From: an uncultured Brachyspira sp.
Lineage (GTDB): Bacteria > Spirochaetota > Brachyspiria > Brachyspirales > Brachyspiraceae
Direction of reading: 5' to 3'
NCBI RefSeq assembly: GCF_910588665.1
Contig: NZ_CAJUPR010000002.1
Coordinates: forward strand, 34,372 to 98,371
DNA: 64,000 nt
Shown here: piece after piece, positions 31,671 to 42,288 of the stretch
How the letters are laid out: each line of letters begins with the position of its first letter
How positions within the stretch are numbered: the first letter of the stretch is position 1
Notes under the pieces: model-generated
What the model was told of the DNA's origin: nothing
The model's database searches: none
What the model saw: only the letters and a program-made list of their open reading frames with translations
Translations under genes and position numbers: made by a program

Positions 31671-32384
31671 ATGAATAAAGATTTCAAAGAACAATTTGAT
31701 AAAGTCAAGTATCTTCTTGCTCCTAATTTTGATTTGGATAAGCCATTCAGAGACAGGAAGTTTAAGGATATAAAGCTTGATTTGCTTGATATAGGAGAAG
31801 TTAATTTATCAAGCGGAAAAATATTAGCCTGCGATCCTTTAGCATATTTATATGAAGATAAAATATCTCCTTTTATTCAAACTGTAAAATGCGGCAAATA
31901 TAAAGTTTCTCTTCTTATTATAGAAGATGAGAATAGAATTGCTATGATTAAAGTTTCTTTTTCGGATAATATACCTAAAATATACGAAATTGCTTTAACA
32001 GGCGGAGAAGATTTGTCTGAAATAGAAGAGGGCGATTTTTTCGGATATCCTGTTGATGCTGGTATGGGCTGCGTATGCGATTATGAAACCGCTGAAAAAT
32101 ATTTGGATTATGAAAATAAACTTATAAAAGAAATGGGCGGCAATTTTAATAATAGATATGATGATCTGTTTGAAGATTTATTGGAGTCTAATGCCGAAAA
32201 AAATCCTAAATATCAGAGAAAATGCGGAGACTGGCTTAATTATAATATAGACGGAAGCGATTTAAATATAGTGATGTTTACAAGCGGTTACGGAGACGGA
32301 TATTATCCTTCATATTTTGCTTATGATGAAAATAATGAAATATGTGCTTTCTACACTTTATTTATAGATTTGGAAGAGGAATAA
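31671..32384 (+). CDS. DUF4241 domain protein
   Basis: SGKILACDPL, FFGYPVDAGMG and FTSGYGDGYYPSYF. Confidence 0.85.
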   Translation: MNKDFKEQFDKVKYLLAPNFDLDKPFRDRKFKDIKLDLLDIGEVNLSSGKILACDPLAYLYEDKISPFIQTVKCGKYKVSLLIIEDENRIAMIKVSFSDNIPKIYEIALTGGEDLSEIEEGDFFGYPVDAGMGCVCDYETAEKYLDYENKLIKEMGGNFNNRYDDLFEDLLESNAEKNPKYQRKCGDWLNYNIDGSDLNIVMFTSGYGDGYYPSYFAYDENNEICAFYTLFIDLEEE

Positions 32385-32540
32385 TTTTATATATAAAACT
32401 GCATACATTCATCATTTTTATATAGAATTGATATTTTTTTAATTTTTTATATAAAGAAATTTATAAATCATATTATTTTCAAATTACATGTATAAAGGCA
32501 TAGAAAATATTTTATAGTATGCATCTTAAAAGAGGATTAT

Positions 32541-34814
32541 ATGAAAGTATTAATAATAACCGTAGGAGCTCAGGGAAGCGGAAAAACTTATACTATAAAA
32601 AAATCAGATTTAGAGCATTACAGCATAAGCTCTGATAATTTAAGAATATTATATTCGGGGCTTTTTCCAGACGGAAATAACGGATTTTCTCTTTATCAAA
32701 AAGATAATTTTTATATTTGGAATAATTTAATATTAAGCATATTAGAAAACAGATTCAAATTAGGACAATTTACCATATTGGACAGCACAGGACTTTTTAA
32801 TCTAAGCGGCATTACTGAGCTTGCTAAAAAATACAGATACAGAATAGCGGCGGTTTTATTTGATAATATAACGCTTAAAGAATGCATTGATAATGTGAGA
32901 AAAAGAGAGATAGGAGGCGGCATACCGAAGGAAGTTATAGAGGACTATTTTCTGCGTATGAAAAATTTTAAATTGCAGGGCGCCAATATTTTTAAAGCTT
33001 CGGATTACGGCAGTGCTGAAACGGCTTTGCTTGAGGCTTGCAAATGGGATGATTTTTATCTGAATGAAACCGAGTTTGAAAAATATAGCAATATAAAGGT
33101 AATACCAGACCTGCATGGAGAATATGATGTATTTAAAAAGTTTTTAGAAAAAGAAAATTATTTTAAGAATAAAAAAACGGCTTATATATTTGCAGGCGAT
33201 TTAACCGACAGGGGCGAAAAATCAAAAGAACTGCTTGATTATTTTTTATATAATGAAATACCGAATAATGTTTATTTTACTGAAGGCAATCATGATGTAG
33301 GCTTAAATTATTTTTCCAATGATATAAAATCTTTAAGCGGGGATTTTTATAAAACGACTTATAAAGAAATAAAAAAAGCTTTCAGCATAATTAAGAGCGG
33401 TATAGACGGTATTAAAGAAGAGGCATTAAATGAAAATGAACTTTCCGAATACAAAAAGAAAATAAGAAATTTTTATAAAAGATTCAGACTTTATTATTTT
33501 TTTACTTTTAAGGGAAGAAAATTTTTTATTAATCATTCAGGCATAGATAAAATGTATAAGCATACGCCTGCATCTATTTTAAATGGTATTGCAACTTACG
33601 GATATGACAGCGAAGATAATTATAAATCTTATATAGAAGTAGGAAACAGATTTAAAGAAAATCATTCGGACATTATTCAGATATTCGGGCATAGAAATAT
33701 TCTTAAGGAGGATCTTGAGGATAATTTATGCAAGATAAATGATAATGCTTACTGCATAGAAAACTCTGTTGAATACGGAGGCGATTTAATAATTTTAAGC
33801 TTAATAGATTTATCAGTTGAAAGATATAAAAATGATAAAAAACCCGGCAATTTAAAAGAAAATAAAGAGCTTATTAGATTTAAATATTTTGATACGGTTT
33901 ATTCCTGCAACTTTTCTGATAAGGTATTTTATAAAAGATTATGGAATGAGCAGACCATTAAAGCCAGAGGATTATACAGATATATTGATACCAATGAGGT
34001 GGCTGGAAGAAGCTATGATAAGTTTTTTAATTATGATGAGGTTGATAAAACTAAATTAAAAAGCATACAGAAAAATATAAAGTTTCCTGTAAATGTTTAT
34101 AAAAAATACAACGGATATTTATTTTTGGTATTTTTAGATAAAACTAAAGATGAGTTAATATATGCAACTAAAAGCTCTGTTAATACTGAAATGACATCTT
34201 GGGGGGAAGAATTATTAACTAAAGAAAATAAAGCTTTTATAAAAGAATACTGCAGAAAGAATAATACTACTTTTGTATTTGAATGCATACATTTAAAAGA
34301 TTCCGCACACCCTATAGTTTATGATAAATCTTTTTTAATTCTGCTTGATATAATTTACAATGATGAGAATTTCAGAAAATTATCTTATGAAGAGCTTTCT
34401 ATTAAAGAGATAATAAGCATGTTTGCAATAAAAGAGAGAATTGAAATATTTGAAAAACCTGAAGATAATATTTCAAAAGAAGATTATAATAAATATATAT
34501 ATAATATGCTTTATAAATATATTGATGATTTTTCTATAGATTATGAGGGAGTTGTATTTGAAGATGCAGAAGGTTTTATGTTAAAGGTAAAATGTCCTTT
34601 TTATATTATCAAAAAGGCTTTAAGGTCTGAGTCTATGCATTTAAATAGATTGTCTCATTCTTTGAATATACGGCATTCTAATTTATATGTTCAGTTTACA
34701 GGAAACAAAATATTCAATAGATATAAAAGAGAAAATAAATTAAAAGAATGGCGCAGCTTAACTTTAAAAGAAGTTTTGGAAAGCTATAATGAAGTTTTAA
34801 ATGAATTAAAATAA
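32541..34814 (+). CDS. Fused polynucleotide kinase / metallophosphoesterase / T4 Rnl1-type RNA ligase
   Basis: Kinase GAQGSGKT and SSDNLR. Phosphoesterase DLHG, GDLTDRG, GNHD and FGH. Ligase ARGL, YDKFFN, KKYNG, TFVFE, EGVV and KVK. Confidence 0.88.
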   Translation: MKVLIITVGAQGSGKTYTIKKSDLEHYSISSDNLRILYSGLFPDGNNGFSLYQKDNFYIWNNLILSILENRFKLGQFTILDSTGLFNLSGITELAKKYRYRIAAVLFDNITLKECIDNVRKREIGGGIPKEVIEDYFLRMKNFKLQGANIFKASDYGSAETALLEACKWDDFYLNETEFEKYSNIKVIPDLHGEYDVFKKFLEKENYFKNKKTAYIFAGDLTDRGEKSKELLDYFLYNEIPNNVYFTEGNHDVGLNYFSNDIKSLSGDFYKTTYKEIKKAFSIIKSGIDGIKEEALNENELSEYKKKIRNFYKRFRLYYFFTFKGRKFFINHSGIDKMYKHTPASILNGIATYGYDSEDNYKSYIEVGNRFKENHSDIIQIFGHRNILKEDLEDNLCKINDNAYCIENSVEYGGDLIILSLIDLSVERYKNDKKPGNLKENKELIRFKYFDTVYSCNFSDKVFYKRLWNEQTIKARGLYRYIDTNEVAGRSYDKFFNYDEVDKTKLKSIQKNIKFPVNVYKKYNGYLFLVFLDKTKDELIYATKSSVNTEMTSWGEELLTKENKAFIKEYCRKNNTTFVFECIHLKDSAHPIVYDKSFLILLDIIYNDENFRKLSYEELSIKEIISMFAIKERIEIFEKPEDNISKEDYNKYIYNMLYKYIDDFSIDYEGVVFEDAEGFMLKVKCPFYIIKKALRSESMHLNRLSHSLNIRHSNLYVQFTGNKIFNRYKRENKLKEWRSLTLKEVLESYNEVLNELK

Positions 34815-34850
34815 TTTTATTTTTTATAATTATTAAAGAAGCGGCGGTAT

Positions 34851-37010
34851 ATGAATATAGATAATTTAAATACTATAATAATAGAACTTTTAAAATTAAG
34901 GGGAATAACTTCAAAAGAGGATATTTATGATTTCTTTTTTCAGGATATATATTCCTTATCAAATCCGTTTAATATAAGAGATATTAATGTATTTATAGAC
35001 AGAGTAAAAGAAGCTGTATATAATGATGAAAGGATATTAATATACGGAGATAAGGATGCGGACGGCATAACGGCGGCTTCAATAATATATAATACATTAA
35101 AAGCTGTAACAAAGAATGTTGATGCATTTGTGCCTAATCATACCACAGGATACGGACTTTCTAAAGCTGTTATAGAGGAGTATGCAAACTCAGGAGTAAG
35201 CCTTATTATTACAGTTGACTGCGGAATCTCAAATGCCGAAGAGGTGGAATTTGCGTGCGGGCTTTCAGTTGATATTATAGTAACGGATCATCATGATATA
35301 CCTGAAATACTTCCTAATGCTTATGCCTTATTTAATCCTAAACTTTCCAATACTGGTTTTGCATCAAAAAACTTTTCAGGCTGCGCCGTTGCCTTTAAGC
35401 TTATGCAGGCATTTGTTTTTTCATATACTAAGCTTTACAATAAAGATATAGTGGTACTGGATTATGATATTGACAGATCTGAGAACAGATTAAAAAGAAT
35501 AAGAGCGTTAAAATCTTATAATTTTGTTATAAACGGCGATGTATTCGGTTTTGAGCTTATTAATGATGATAATTGCTATAAAACATTATACGCAGATTAT
35601 TACGGTGAGTTTATGAGAGAAGAAGAGGTATTGGAGGAGCTTGCAAGCTATATGTTTGAAGGCGACAAAACAGTATTGGTTCTTACAGGAGGGGAGGATA
35701 GATTAAATAAGCTTCTGCATCTTTATGAGAAATATGATATATATTTGCCTGAGTATGATAATGTATATGATATTCTTAAGCTCGGCATTAAGTACGGAAA
35801 TATAAATATAAAAACGGTAAAAACTTTAGACGATTTTGCTTTGGCTCTTAATGTTAATATTTACAGATATGAGAATACAGATTACAGAGATTTAATTATA
35901 AAGATGGAAATATTCAGAAGATTGTTTTATATAAGCCAAAAACAGCTTCATAACTATATAAAAAAGAAATCCATACTTGTATTATTCGGAAGCGTTGCCG
36001 ATGTTGTGCCTCTTATAGAAGAAAACAGGGCTTATGTAAAATGCGCTTTAAAAGAATTAGAAAAACCGAGCCATATAAGATATAATATTATGCTTGAAAG
36101 AATTAATTTATTAAATGTTAAAATAGACACTCATGCAATAAGCTGGCGTCTTGCTCCTTTTATTAATGCAGCTGGAAGAATGGGAAGCCCTGAAACTGCT
36201 TTAAAATTACTTACATGCGAAATGAGAGAGGAGGCTGTAAGCTTGTCCGAAGAGATTTATAATATGAATGAAGCCAGAAAATCTTTAACAGAATCTAATT
36301 TCAGTATTGTAAATGAATATATAAAAATTAACGGCTGTTTGGATTGTCCTGTAATAGTTGTAAAAAGCAGAGATATAGAACAGGGACTTACAGGATTAAT
36401 TGCGGGTAAGGTTTTAAACGAATACGGAAAAACGGCTGTTATTATGCATGAAACTAATGACGGCATTTGTATAGGAAGCATAAGAAGCGGCAGGGAGGAT
36501 AATGCCAGAGATATGCTTGAATATGCCGATATTTATTTAATTAAATTCGGAGGACATAAAAATGCAGCAGGATTTACTTTAAATACTGATAATTTTGATA
36601 AGTTCAAAAATAAAATTATAAAATATGCCTATTCCAGTAACTTTGCAACAGAAAAAGACGGCAATGCTTTTGATATGGAGATTAATTTTAAGGATATAGA
36701 TATAAGACTTGCAAGATCATTAGAATTGTTTGAGCCTTACGGATTCGGAAACGAAGAGCCTTTATTTTCATCTAAAAAAGCAACAGTAAATAATATAAAT
36801 AAAATGCAGAAAAACGGAAAACTTCATTTAAGATTGGAGCTTATGCAGGACAATAAAAAAGTAAATGCCATTATCTGGAATAGCTGCGAAGATGAAGCAG
36901 ACAGACTTTTGAACTGTAACTATATAGATATTATTTATAAACTGAGAGTAAACCGTTTTAACGGAAGCGAAGATGCAAGAATATATATAGAAAGCTATGA
37001 AATTTATTAA
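34851..37010 (+). CDS. recJ: ssDNA-specific exonuclease RecJ with an internal insertion
   Basis: GDKDADG, TVDCG, TDHH, ADVVPL..ENR, APFINAAGR, GGHKNAAG and EPYGFGN. Confidence 0.93.
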   Translation: MNIDNLNTIIIELLKLRGITSKEDIYDFFFQDIYSLSNPFNIRDINVFIDRVKEAVYNDERILIYGDKDADGITAASIIYNTLKAVTKNVDAFVPNHTTGYGLSKAVIEEYANSGVSLIITVDCGISNAEEVEFACGLSVDIIVTDHHDIPEILPNAYALFNPKLSNTGFASKNFSGCAVAFKLMQAFVFSYTKLYNKDIVVLDYDIDRSENRLKRIRALKSYNFVINGDVFGFELINDDNCYKTLYADYYGEFMREEEVLEELASYMFEGDKTVLVLTGGEDRLNKLLHLYEKYDIYLPEYDNVYDILKLGIKYGNINIKTVKTLDDFALALNVNIYRYENTDYRDLIIKMEIFRRLFYISQKQLHNYIKKKSILVLFGSVADVVPLIEENRAYVKCALKELEKPSHIRYNIMLERINLLNVKIDTHAISWRLAPFINAAGRMGSPETALKLLTCEMREEAVSLSEEIYNMNEARKSLTESNFSIVNEYIKINGCLDCPVIVVKSRDIEQGLTGLIAGKVLNEYGKTAVIMHETNDGICIGSIRSGREDNARDMLEYADIYLIKFGGHKNAAGFTLNTDNFDKFKNKIIKYAYSSNFATEKDGNAFDMEINFKDIDIRLARSLELFEPYGFGNEEPLFSSKKATVNNINKMQKNGKLHLRLELMQDNKKVNAIIWNSCEDEADRLLNCNYIDIIYKLRVNRFNGSEDARIYIESYEIY

Positions 37011-37047
37011 TTAATATAAATAAGCCATTTAAACCTTTCTATAATAT

Positions 37048-37086
37048 AAAAAAGAGCTTAAAAGCTTAAAAGCTTAAAAGCTCCTT
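37048..37086 (-). terminator. Terminator of the vsp gene, built on a 3.5x AGCTTAAA tandem repeat
   Basis: Minus strand GAGCTT-TTAAGCTTTT-AAGCTC followed by TTTTTT. Confidence 0.7.
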
Positions 37087-37113
37087 AATCTTGTTAATTT
37101 TCTAAACTATTAA

Positions 37114-38169
37114 TTAAAGTGCAGGAAGATACCAAGTTATACCTGTAGTAGTTTCAAAATGTACAGGAACATTTGAAGCATCTGCATTGCTGTTATTAAC
37201 ATCCATTTCGAAATAGAATTCAAGATCCTGAACAGGTCTTACATAAAGCTCTGTATAAGCACCCCAAGCTAATTTATGCGTGCTTGTACCGCTCACACCT
37301 TTTCTTTTTTGTGCTTGAACTGTATAACCTAAAGAAGGCTCAACATAAAGAGTTACTATATCGCTTGCTGCTGTGATTGCAAGTACAGGCTTAATAGTAA
37401 CTTCATAAGGAGAAACATCATAAATATCTGTCTGCTTTTGACCTCCAGTTAAAGCTCCACCATTATTTTCTGCTACATAATTTTTAAGAACTGTTCCTCT
37501 AAGAGCTGTATGATATTCCAATCTTAAATAAGGATTGATTGTTACATTTCCAACCTGAGTGTTCAAGAAATATAATCTTAACTGCAATCCTAATGCTTCA
37601 TTAACTGATTTAGTACTTGCAACTTCACTTGTAGTGTTTCTATAGTAAACATAGAATCTTAAAGCATTGAAAGCATCTATGCCTGTATAGTATCTCAATT
37701 GAAGATTATCAAAAGCTACGCCTGTATATTTTGTGCCATTTTTATCTGAAGTAAGTACCTGTATAGGAGCAGCAATTCTTAAATTGTTATTTAAAGCATT
37801 TATCATAAGTACAGGAGTATGAACATACCTGTCTTTAGCTAAATAAGTAAAGTTATATCCCACACCTATGCCAAACATATCTGAAGTATATCCTAAGCCT
37901 GCTGATAATGTAGAGTTTAAGCTAGTACCTGCACCTGTATCGCTTAATATGCTTCCCCAATTGCCTAAGTTTATGCCGTTAGCTCTGAAGCCTAGAGTAC
38001 CTTTAATAGTTCCGTTTCCTAATACAAAACCTACTTGGTCCATTCTAGCTCTGAACATATTGCCATGAACAAGAAAGTCAATCCAAGAATCACCTCTTCC
38101 GTACATACCAAATACAGAAGCGCTTGCTATAGTTAATAAAGCCATAGCTGTTAATAAAACTTTTTTCAT
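37114..38169 (-). CDS. Brachyspira variable surface protein (Vsp family, ~39 kDa)
   Basis: MKKVLLTAMALLTIASASVFGMYG..WIDFL..GN.FRARMDQ.GFVLGNGTIKGT and C-terminal GITWYLPAL are typical of the family. Confidence 0.92.
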   Translation of the reverse strand: MKKVLLTAMALLTIASASVFGMYGRGDSWIDFLVHGNMFRARMDQVGFVLGNGTIKGTLGFRANGINLGNWGSILSDTGAGTSLNSTLSAGLGYTSDMFGIGVGYNFTYLAKDRYVHTPVLMINALNNNLRIAAPIQVLTSDKNGTKYTGVAFDNLQLRYYTGIDAFNALRFYVYYRNTTSEVASTKSVNEALGLQLRLYFLNTQVGNVTINPYLRLEYHTALRGTVLKNYVAENNGGALTGGQKQTDIYDVSPYEVTIKPVLAITAASDIVTLYVEPSLGYTVQAQKRKGVSGTSTHKLAWGAYTELYVRPVQDLEFYFEMDVNNSNADASNVPVHFETTTGITWYLPAL

Positions 38170-38242
38170 TTTATTTCTCCTAAAAAATTTTATATGTTAG
38201 GTTAGATATAGCTTCTGATATATGCATAACCATAACAATTTT

Positions 38243-38271
38243 ATTTTAGTAAATTTATATAAAAATGTCAA
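38243..38271 (-). promoter_or_regulatory. Sigma70 promoter of vsp
   Basis: TTGACA(38271-38266)-17 nt-TAAAAT(38248-38243). Confidence 0.7.
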
Positions 38272-38276
38272 CACTA

Positions 38277-38350
38277 TAAATTATAAAAATTGTGAGCTTC
38301 TGGCATTTGCAAGAATGACAGAACCTTTAAGCGAACAATTTTTATTAGCA
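38277..38350 (-). repeat. Dispersed 74-bp stem-loop repeat (module A, copy 2)
   Basis: Reverse complement matches 4479-4552 with 3 mismatches. It lies 14 nt downstream of the ribH stop. Confidence 0.9.
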
Positions 38351-38364
38351 GGAATAAAAAATTA

Positions 38365-38835
38365 TTATTTTTCTATTTCTCTGATTAGATTAACCATTTC
38401 AATAGCAGCCATAGCTGAATCAAAACCTTTATTTCCTGCTTTGGTGCCTGCTCTTTCAATAGCCTGTTCAATATTTTCAGTAGTAAGTACGCCAAACATT
38501 ACAGGTATATCGGAGTCAAGAGAAACATTCGCTATGCCTTTTGATACTTCAGCGCAAACATAATCATAATGAGTTGTGGAGCCTCTTATAACTGCACCCA
38601 AACATATAACAGCATCATATTTTCCAGACTTAGCCATTTTTGAAGCTATAAGCGGAATTTCAAAAGCTCCGGGAACCCAAGCCATACTGATATTATCATC
38701 TTTAATACTATGACGATTCAAAGCGTCCAAAGCACCTGCCAAAAGCTTAGAGACAATGAATTCATTGAATCTGGCGCATACTATGCCGATTTTAATTTCT
38801 TTCTCGCCAACGAGTTTTCCTTCAAAAGTTTTCAT
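38365..38835 (-). CDS. ribH: 6,7-dimethyl-8-ribityllumazine synthase
   Basis: [30 protein letters not shown] and [11 protein letters not shown]. Confidence 0.97.
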   Translation of the reverse strand: MKTFEGKLVGEKEIKIGIVCARFNEFIVSKLLAGALDALNRHSIKDDNISMAWVPGAFEIPLIASKMAKSGKYDAVICLGAVIRGSTTHYDYVCAEVSKGIANVSLDSDIPVMFGVLTTENIEQAIERAGTKAGNKGFDSAMAAIEMVNLIREIEK

Positions 38836-38933
38836 GTTATATCCTTTTTTTAAATTCAATATAAAATTATTAGTTTAATATCTGCAATATTATTTATAAT
38901 ATTGTAAACTTACCATTTATTATTTTTAAATCT

Positions 38934-40133
38934 TCAGTCCAATATATGCCCCATACGCTCTTTTTTAGTCTTCAGATAAAAAGCATCATGCTCGGAAGCT
39001 TGAATCTGTATCGGAATTCTCTCCTTTATTTCCAAACCGTAATTATTTAAATACTTTATTTTATCAGGATTATTTGTCATAATTTTTATGCTTTTAACTC
39101 CTAAGTTTTTAAGCATTTGATAAGCCTCATAATACTCACGCATATCATCCTTAAAACCCAAAGCTATATTTGCATCTACTGTATCAAGTCCGCTGTCCTG
39201 AAGTTCATAAGCTCTCAATTTATTTACAAGTCCTATTCCTCTTCCTTCCTGACGCATATACAGCATTATGCCTCTGCCCTCTTCAGCAATTTTTCTCATA
39301 GCATAATCATACTGTTCTCCGCAGTCGCATCTTTTAGAACCCAAAGCATCGCCTGTTAAACATTCGGAATGCACTCGGCATAATACATCTTCCCCGCCTG
39401 TAATATCTCCCATTGTAAGAACAACATGATGCTGCTTAGTTATTTTATTTACAAAAGTCAGTATTTCAAACTCGCCGTATTTTGTAGGCATTTTTGCTTT
39501 AGCATAAAGCTCCATTAAATCTTCATTCTTTTTTCTGTAATCAATTAAATCGGAAACGGTTATCATTTTTAAATTATGTTTTTTAGCGAAATCGATTAAA
39601 TCATCTCTTCTCATCATATCGCCGTCATCTCTCATAATCTCGCAGCATAAACCGCATTCCTTAAGTCCTGCAAGCCTCATCAAATCAACAGTAGCTTCTG
39701 TATGCCCCATTCTTACCAATACTCCGCCTTCCTTTGCAAGCAGCGGAAACATATGACCAGGGCGTCTGAAGTCCTCAGGTTTAGAGTTTTCATCTGACAC
39801 TTTTAAAGCTGTAATAGATCTTTCAACTGCTGAAATTCCTGTAGCAGTGTCAATATGGTCTATAGATACAGTAAAAGCGGTTTCATGATTATCCGTATTT
39901 TTTGAAACCATTTGATTTAAACTCAGCTTATTTGTAATATCTCTGCTCATAGGCATGCATATTAATCCTTTAGCATAAACCGCCATGAAGTTGATATTTT
40001 CCGCTGTGGCAAACTCTGCCGCACATATTAAATCTCCCTCATTTTCTCTATTCTCATCATCGGAAACTACTATTATTTTTCCTTTTCTTAACTCCTCTAA
40101 AGCTTCTTCAATAGTGCTGTAAACATTTTCCAT
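38934..40133 (-). CDS. ribBA: Bifunctional DHBP synthase / GTP cyclohydrolase II
   Basis: [33 protein letters not shown] and QEGRGIG. Confidence 0.97.
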   Translation of the reverse strand: MENVYSTIEEALEELRKGKIIVVSDDENRENEGDLICAAEFATAENINFMAVYAKGLICMPMSRDITNKLSLNQMVSKNTDNHETAFTVSIDHIDTATGISAVERSITALKVSDENSKPEDFRRPGHMFPLLAKEGGVLVRMGHTEATVDLMRLAGLKECGLCCEIMRDDGDMMRRDDLIDFAKKHNLKMITVSDLIDYRKKNEDLMELYAKAKMPTKYGEFEILTFVNKITKQHHVVLTMGDITGGEDVLCRVHSECLTGDALGSKRCDCGEQYDYAMRKIAEEGRGIMLYMRQEGRGIGLVNKLRAYELQDSGLDTVDANIALGFKDDMREYYEAYQMLKNLGVKSIKIMTNNPDKIKYLNNYGLEIKERIPIQIQASEHDAFYLKTKKERMGHILD

Positions 40134-40193
40134 TTTTTAATGCTCCGTTTAATTTTTTATTCAGATTTTTTCGGCAGTAAAAAACTGCAAATA

Positions 40194-40835
40194 TTAAAAT
40201 CCGTTCTTAAGCAGGAATTCCATTGTTATACCCTGCTTTTTATCTATGTTATTATCTTCTTTAAATGTTAAAAGCCTCTCAACATATTTGCCTATAACAT
40301 CATTTTCTATATTAACCTTATCGCCTTCTTTTTTGTAATAAAGTACAGTCTCTTTTAATGTATGGGGAATAACAGCTATAGAAAAACTATTATTATCTAA
40401 GCCTGCAACCGTAAGGCTTATTCCGTCGACAGCCACAGATCCTTTCTCAACTATATACTTCATTAAATGATTAGGCGCCTCAATAGTGAGCAAAACGGCA
40501 TTATCATCTTTTTTCATAGACTTAATGCTTCCCTCTCCGTCAATATGCCCGCTTACTATATGCCCTCCGAATCTTCCGCTTAAAGTCATAGCGCGTTCAA
40601 GATTAACCATGCTTCCGTTTTTTAAGCTTCCCAAATTAGTGCGGTTCAAAGTTTCCTGCGTAACATCGGCATTAAATATTTTATCGTCAAAAGAAGATAC
40701 TGTTAAACATGCTCCATTAACGGCAACACTGTCTCCCAAATGCAAATCTTCAAATATTTTATTTGCTTTTACGGTTATGATTTTACTTTGCACAGATTTA
40801 ATAATTCCTATTTCCTCAACTATACCTGTAAACAT
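40194..40835 (-). CDS. ribE: Riboflavin synthase
   Basis: MFTGIVEE, GDSVAVNGACLTV and GGHIVSGHID. Confidence 0.97.
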   Translation of the reverse strand: MFTGIVEEIGIIKSVQSKIITVKANKIFEDLHLGDSVAVNGACLTVSSFDDKIFNADVTQETLNRTNLGSLKNGSMVNLERAMTLSGRFGGHIVSGHIDGEGSIKSMKKDDNAVLLTIEAPNHLMKYIVEKGSVAVDGISLTVAGLDNNSFSIAVIPHTLKETVLYYKKEGDKVNIENDVIGKYVERLLTFKEDNNIDKKQGITMEFLLKNGF

Positions 40836-40861
40836 TATTAATATAATTCCTATAAAATAAT

Positions 40862-41953
40862 TTATAAATAATATTCCAAAAATAAATCATCTTCTATTTT
40901 TGTTATGCCGCCTTCTTTTAATTTAACGGCATTATTAGGATCATCTATTCCTATGCCTTCAATAGGGCTTTTTGCTCCTTCGCCTCCCAATATTTTAGGG
41001 GCTATATAAATTAAAACCTTATTTATAAGCCTCTCTTTAAGCAGGCTTGCATGCAGACTAGATCCCCCTTCCGCATATATACTGTCAATATGCTTTTCTT
41101 CTCCCAATATTTTTATTAAGTATTTTAAACTTACTCTTCCATTATCATTTTCGGTTTTTATTATTTCTATTGATAAGTCTTCAAGCTCTTTAATTTTTTT
41201 TTCATCATCGCTTAAAGTTGCTATAAAAGTTTTTATATCTTTTGCCGTTTTGCAGATATTAGAGTTCAAATCTATTTTTAAAGAACTGTCTAAAATAATT
41301 CTTATGGGATTTCTTGTATTCGGAAGTCTGCAGTTAAGCGTAGGATTATCCTTTATAACAGTATTTATTCCAACCATTATTGAAGAGTATTTATTTCTGA
41401 ATCTATGGGAATGCTCTCTCGATTTTTCAGAAGTTATCCATTTTGATTTTCCGCTTGAAGATGCTATTTTACCGTCTGCTGTCATAGCATATTTCATAAT
41501 AACAAATGGTTTTTTATTAGCAGTATAATAGAAAAAAACCTCATTTAATTTTCTGCATTCCTCTTCAAGCACATTAACTATAACTTCAATTCCTGCTTCT
41601 TTTAATTTTTTTATGCCCATTCCTGCAACTTTAGGATTAGAATCTATACACCCTATAATTACTCTTTTTATATTTTTTTTTATAATGGCATCGGCGCAGG
41701 GAGGAGTTTTACCGTAATGAGAACATGGCTCTAAAGTTACATATATTGAAGCACCTTCCGTATTTTCTCCGTTTTTTTCAGCATCAATAAAAGCATTAAT
41801 TTCGGCATGATTTTCTCCGTATTTTTGATGATATCCAATTCCTATAACTTTATCATCTTTCACTATAACAGCGCCTACAATAGGATTCGGACTTGTAAAA
41901 CCTTCTCCTTTTTTTGCCTCTTCAATAGCCATTTTCATATACTTTTCATGCAT
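40862..41953 (-). CDS. ribD: Riboflavin biosynthesis deaminase/reductase
   Basis: PNPIVG, HAE, TLEPCSHYGKTPPC and EGG motifs. Confidence 0.97.
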   Translation of the reverse strand: MHEKYMKMAIEEAKKGEGFTSPNPIVGAVIVKDDKVIGIGYHQKYGENHAEINAFIDAEKNGENTEGASIYVTLEPCSHYGKTPPCADAIIKKNIKRVIIGCIDSNPKVAGMGIKKLKEAGIEVIVNVLEEECRKLNEVFFYYTANKKPFVIMKYAMTADGKIASSSGKSKWITSEKSREHSHRFRNKYSSIMVGINTVIKDNPTLNCRLPNTRNPIRIILDSSLKIDLNSNICKTAKDIKTFIATLSDDEKKIKELEDLSIEIIKTENDNGRVSLKYLIKILGEEKHIDSIYAEGGSSLHASLLKERLINKVLIYIAPKILGGEGAKSPIEGIGIDDPNNAVKLKEGGITKIEDDLFLEYYL

Positions 41954-42020
41954 AATGCTAATCTCTAAATAAATAATTAAATCTTTGGTTTTTTATTTCG
42001 GCAGGCTTTTTATTATAAGC

Positions 42021-42059
42021 AAAAAAAACTCTAAATGCTAAAATATAACAAATAGAGCC
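42021..42059 (-). terminator. Candidate riboswitch-controlled terminator
   Basis: Imperfect stem GCTCTA..TAGAGT followed by a T run, between the aptamer and ribD. Confidence 0.5.
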
Positions 42060-42090
42060 TAAATTTTTTGATATGTATTAAATTTACATT

Positions 42091-42228
42091 AACATCTTCT
42101 ACCATCCAGACTTTAACTGTCGGTTTTGGAATTGCACCAAATCGGCTGTTTTCAAAAATAAATATCTTTAAAAAAGCTCGCGGACTTTACCGCCGGTATG
42201 GAATTTCACCTAGCCCCGAAGATTTATA
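42091..42228 (-). ncRNA. FMN riboswitch (RFN element)
   Basis: Minus strand ATCTTCGGGGCTAGGTGAAATTCCATACCGGCGGTAAAGTCCGCGAGC...GATTTGGTGCAATTCCAAAACCGACAGTTAAAGTCTGGATGGTAGAAGAT, upstream of ribD. Confidence 0.97.
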
Positions 42229-42235
42229 TATTAAC

Positions 42236-42264
42236 ATTATAATACAAATATTTTATATTGTCAA
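42236..42264 (-). promoter_or_regulatory. Consensus sigma70 promoter of the rib operon
   Basis: TTGACA(42264-42259)-17 nt-TATAAT(42241-42236), immediately upstream of the riboswitch. Confidence 0.85.
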
Positions 42265-42288
42265 GCAGCTGTAAAATATTATTAATTA

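Noticed and set aside
38222..38563. 113-aa plus-strand ORF
   Set aside because: It is antisense to ribH and crosses the repeat element and the vsp promoter.
42068..42274. 68-aa plus-strand ORF
   Set aside because: It is antisense to the FMN riboswitch and its promoter.
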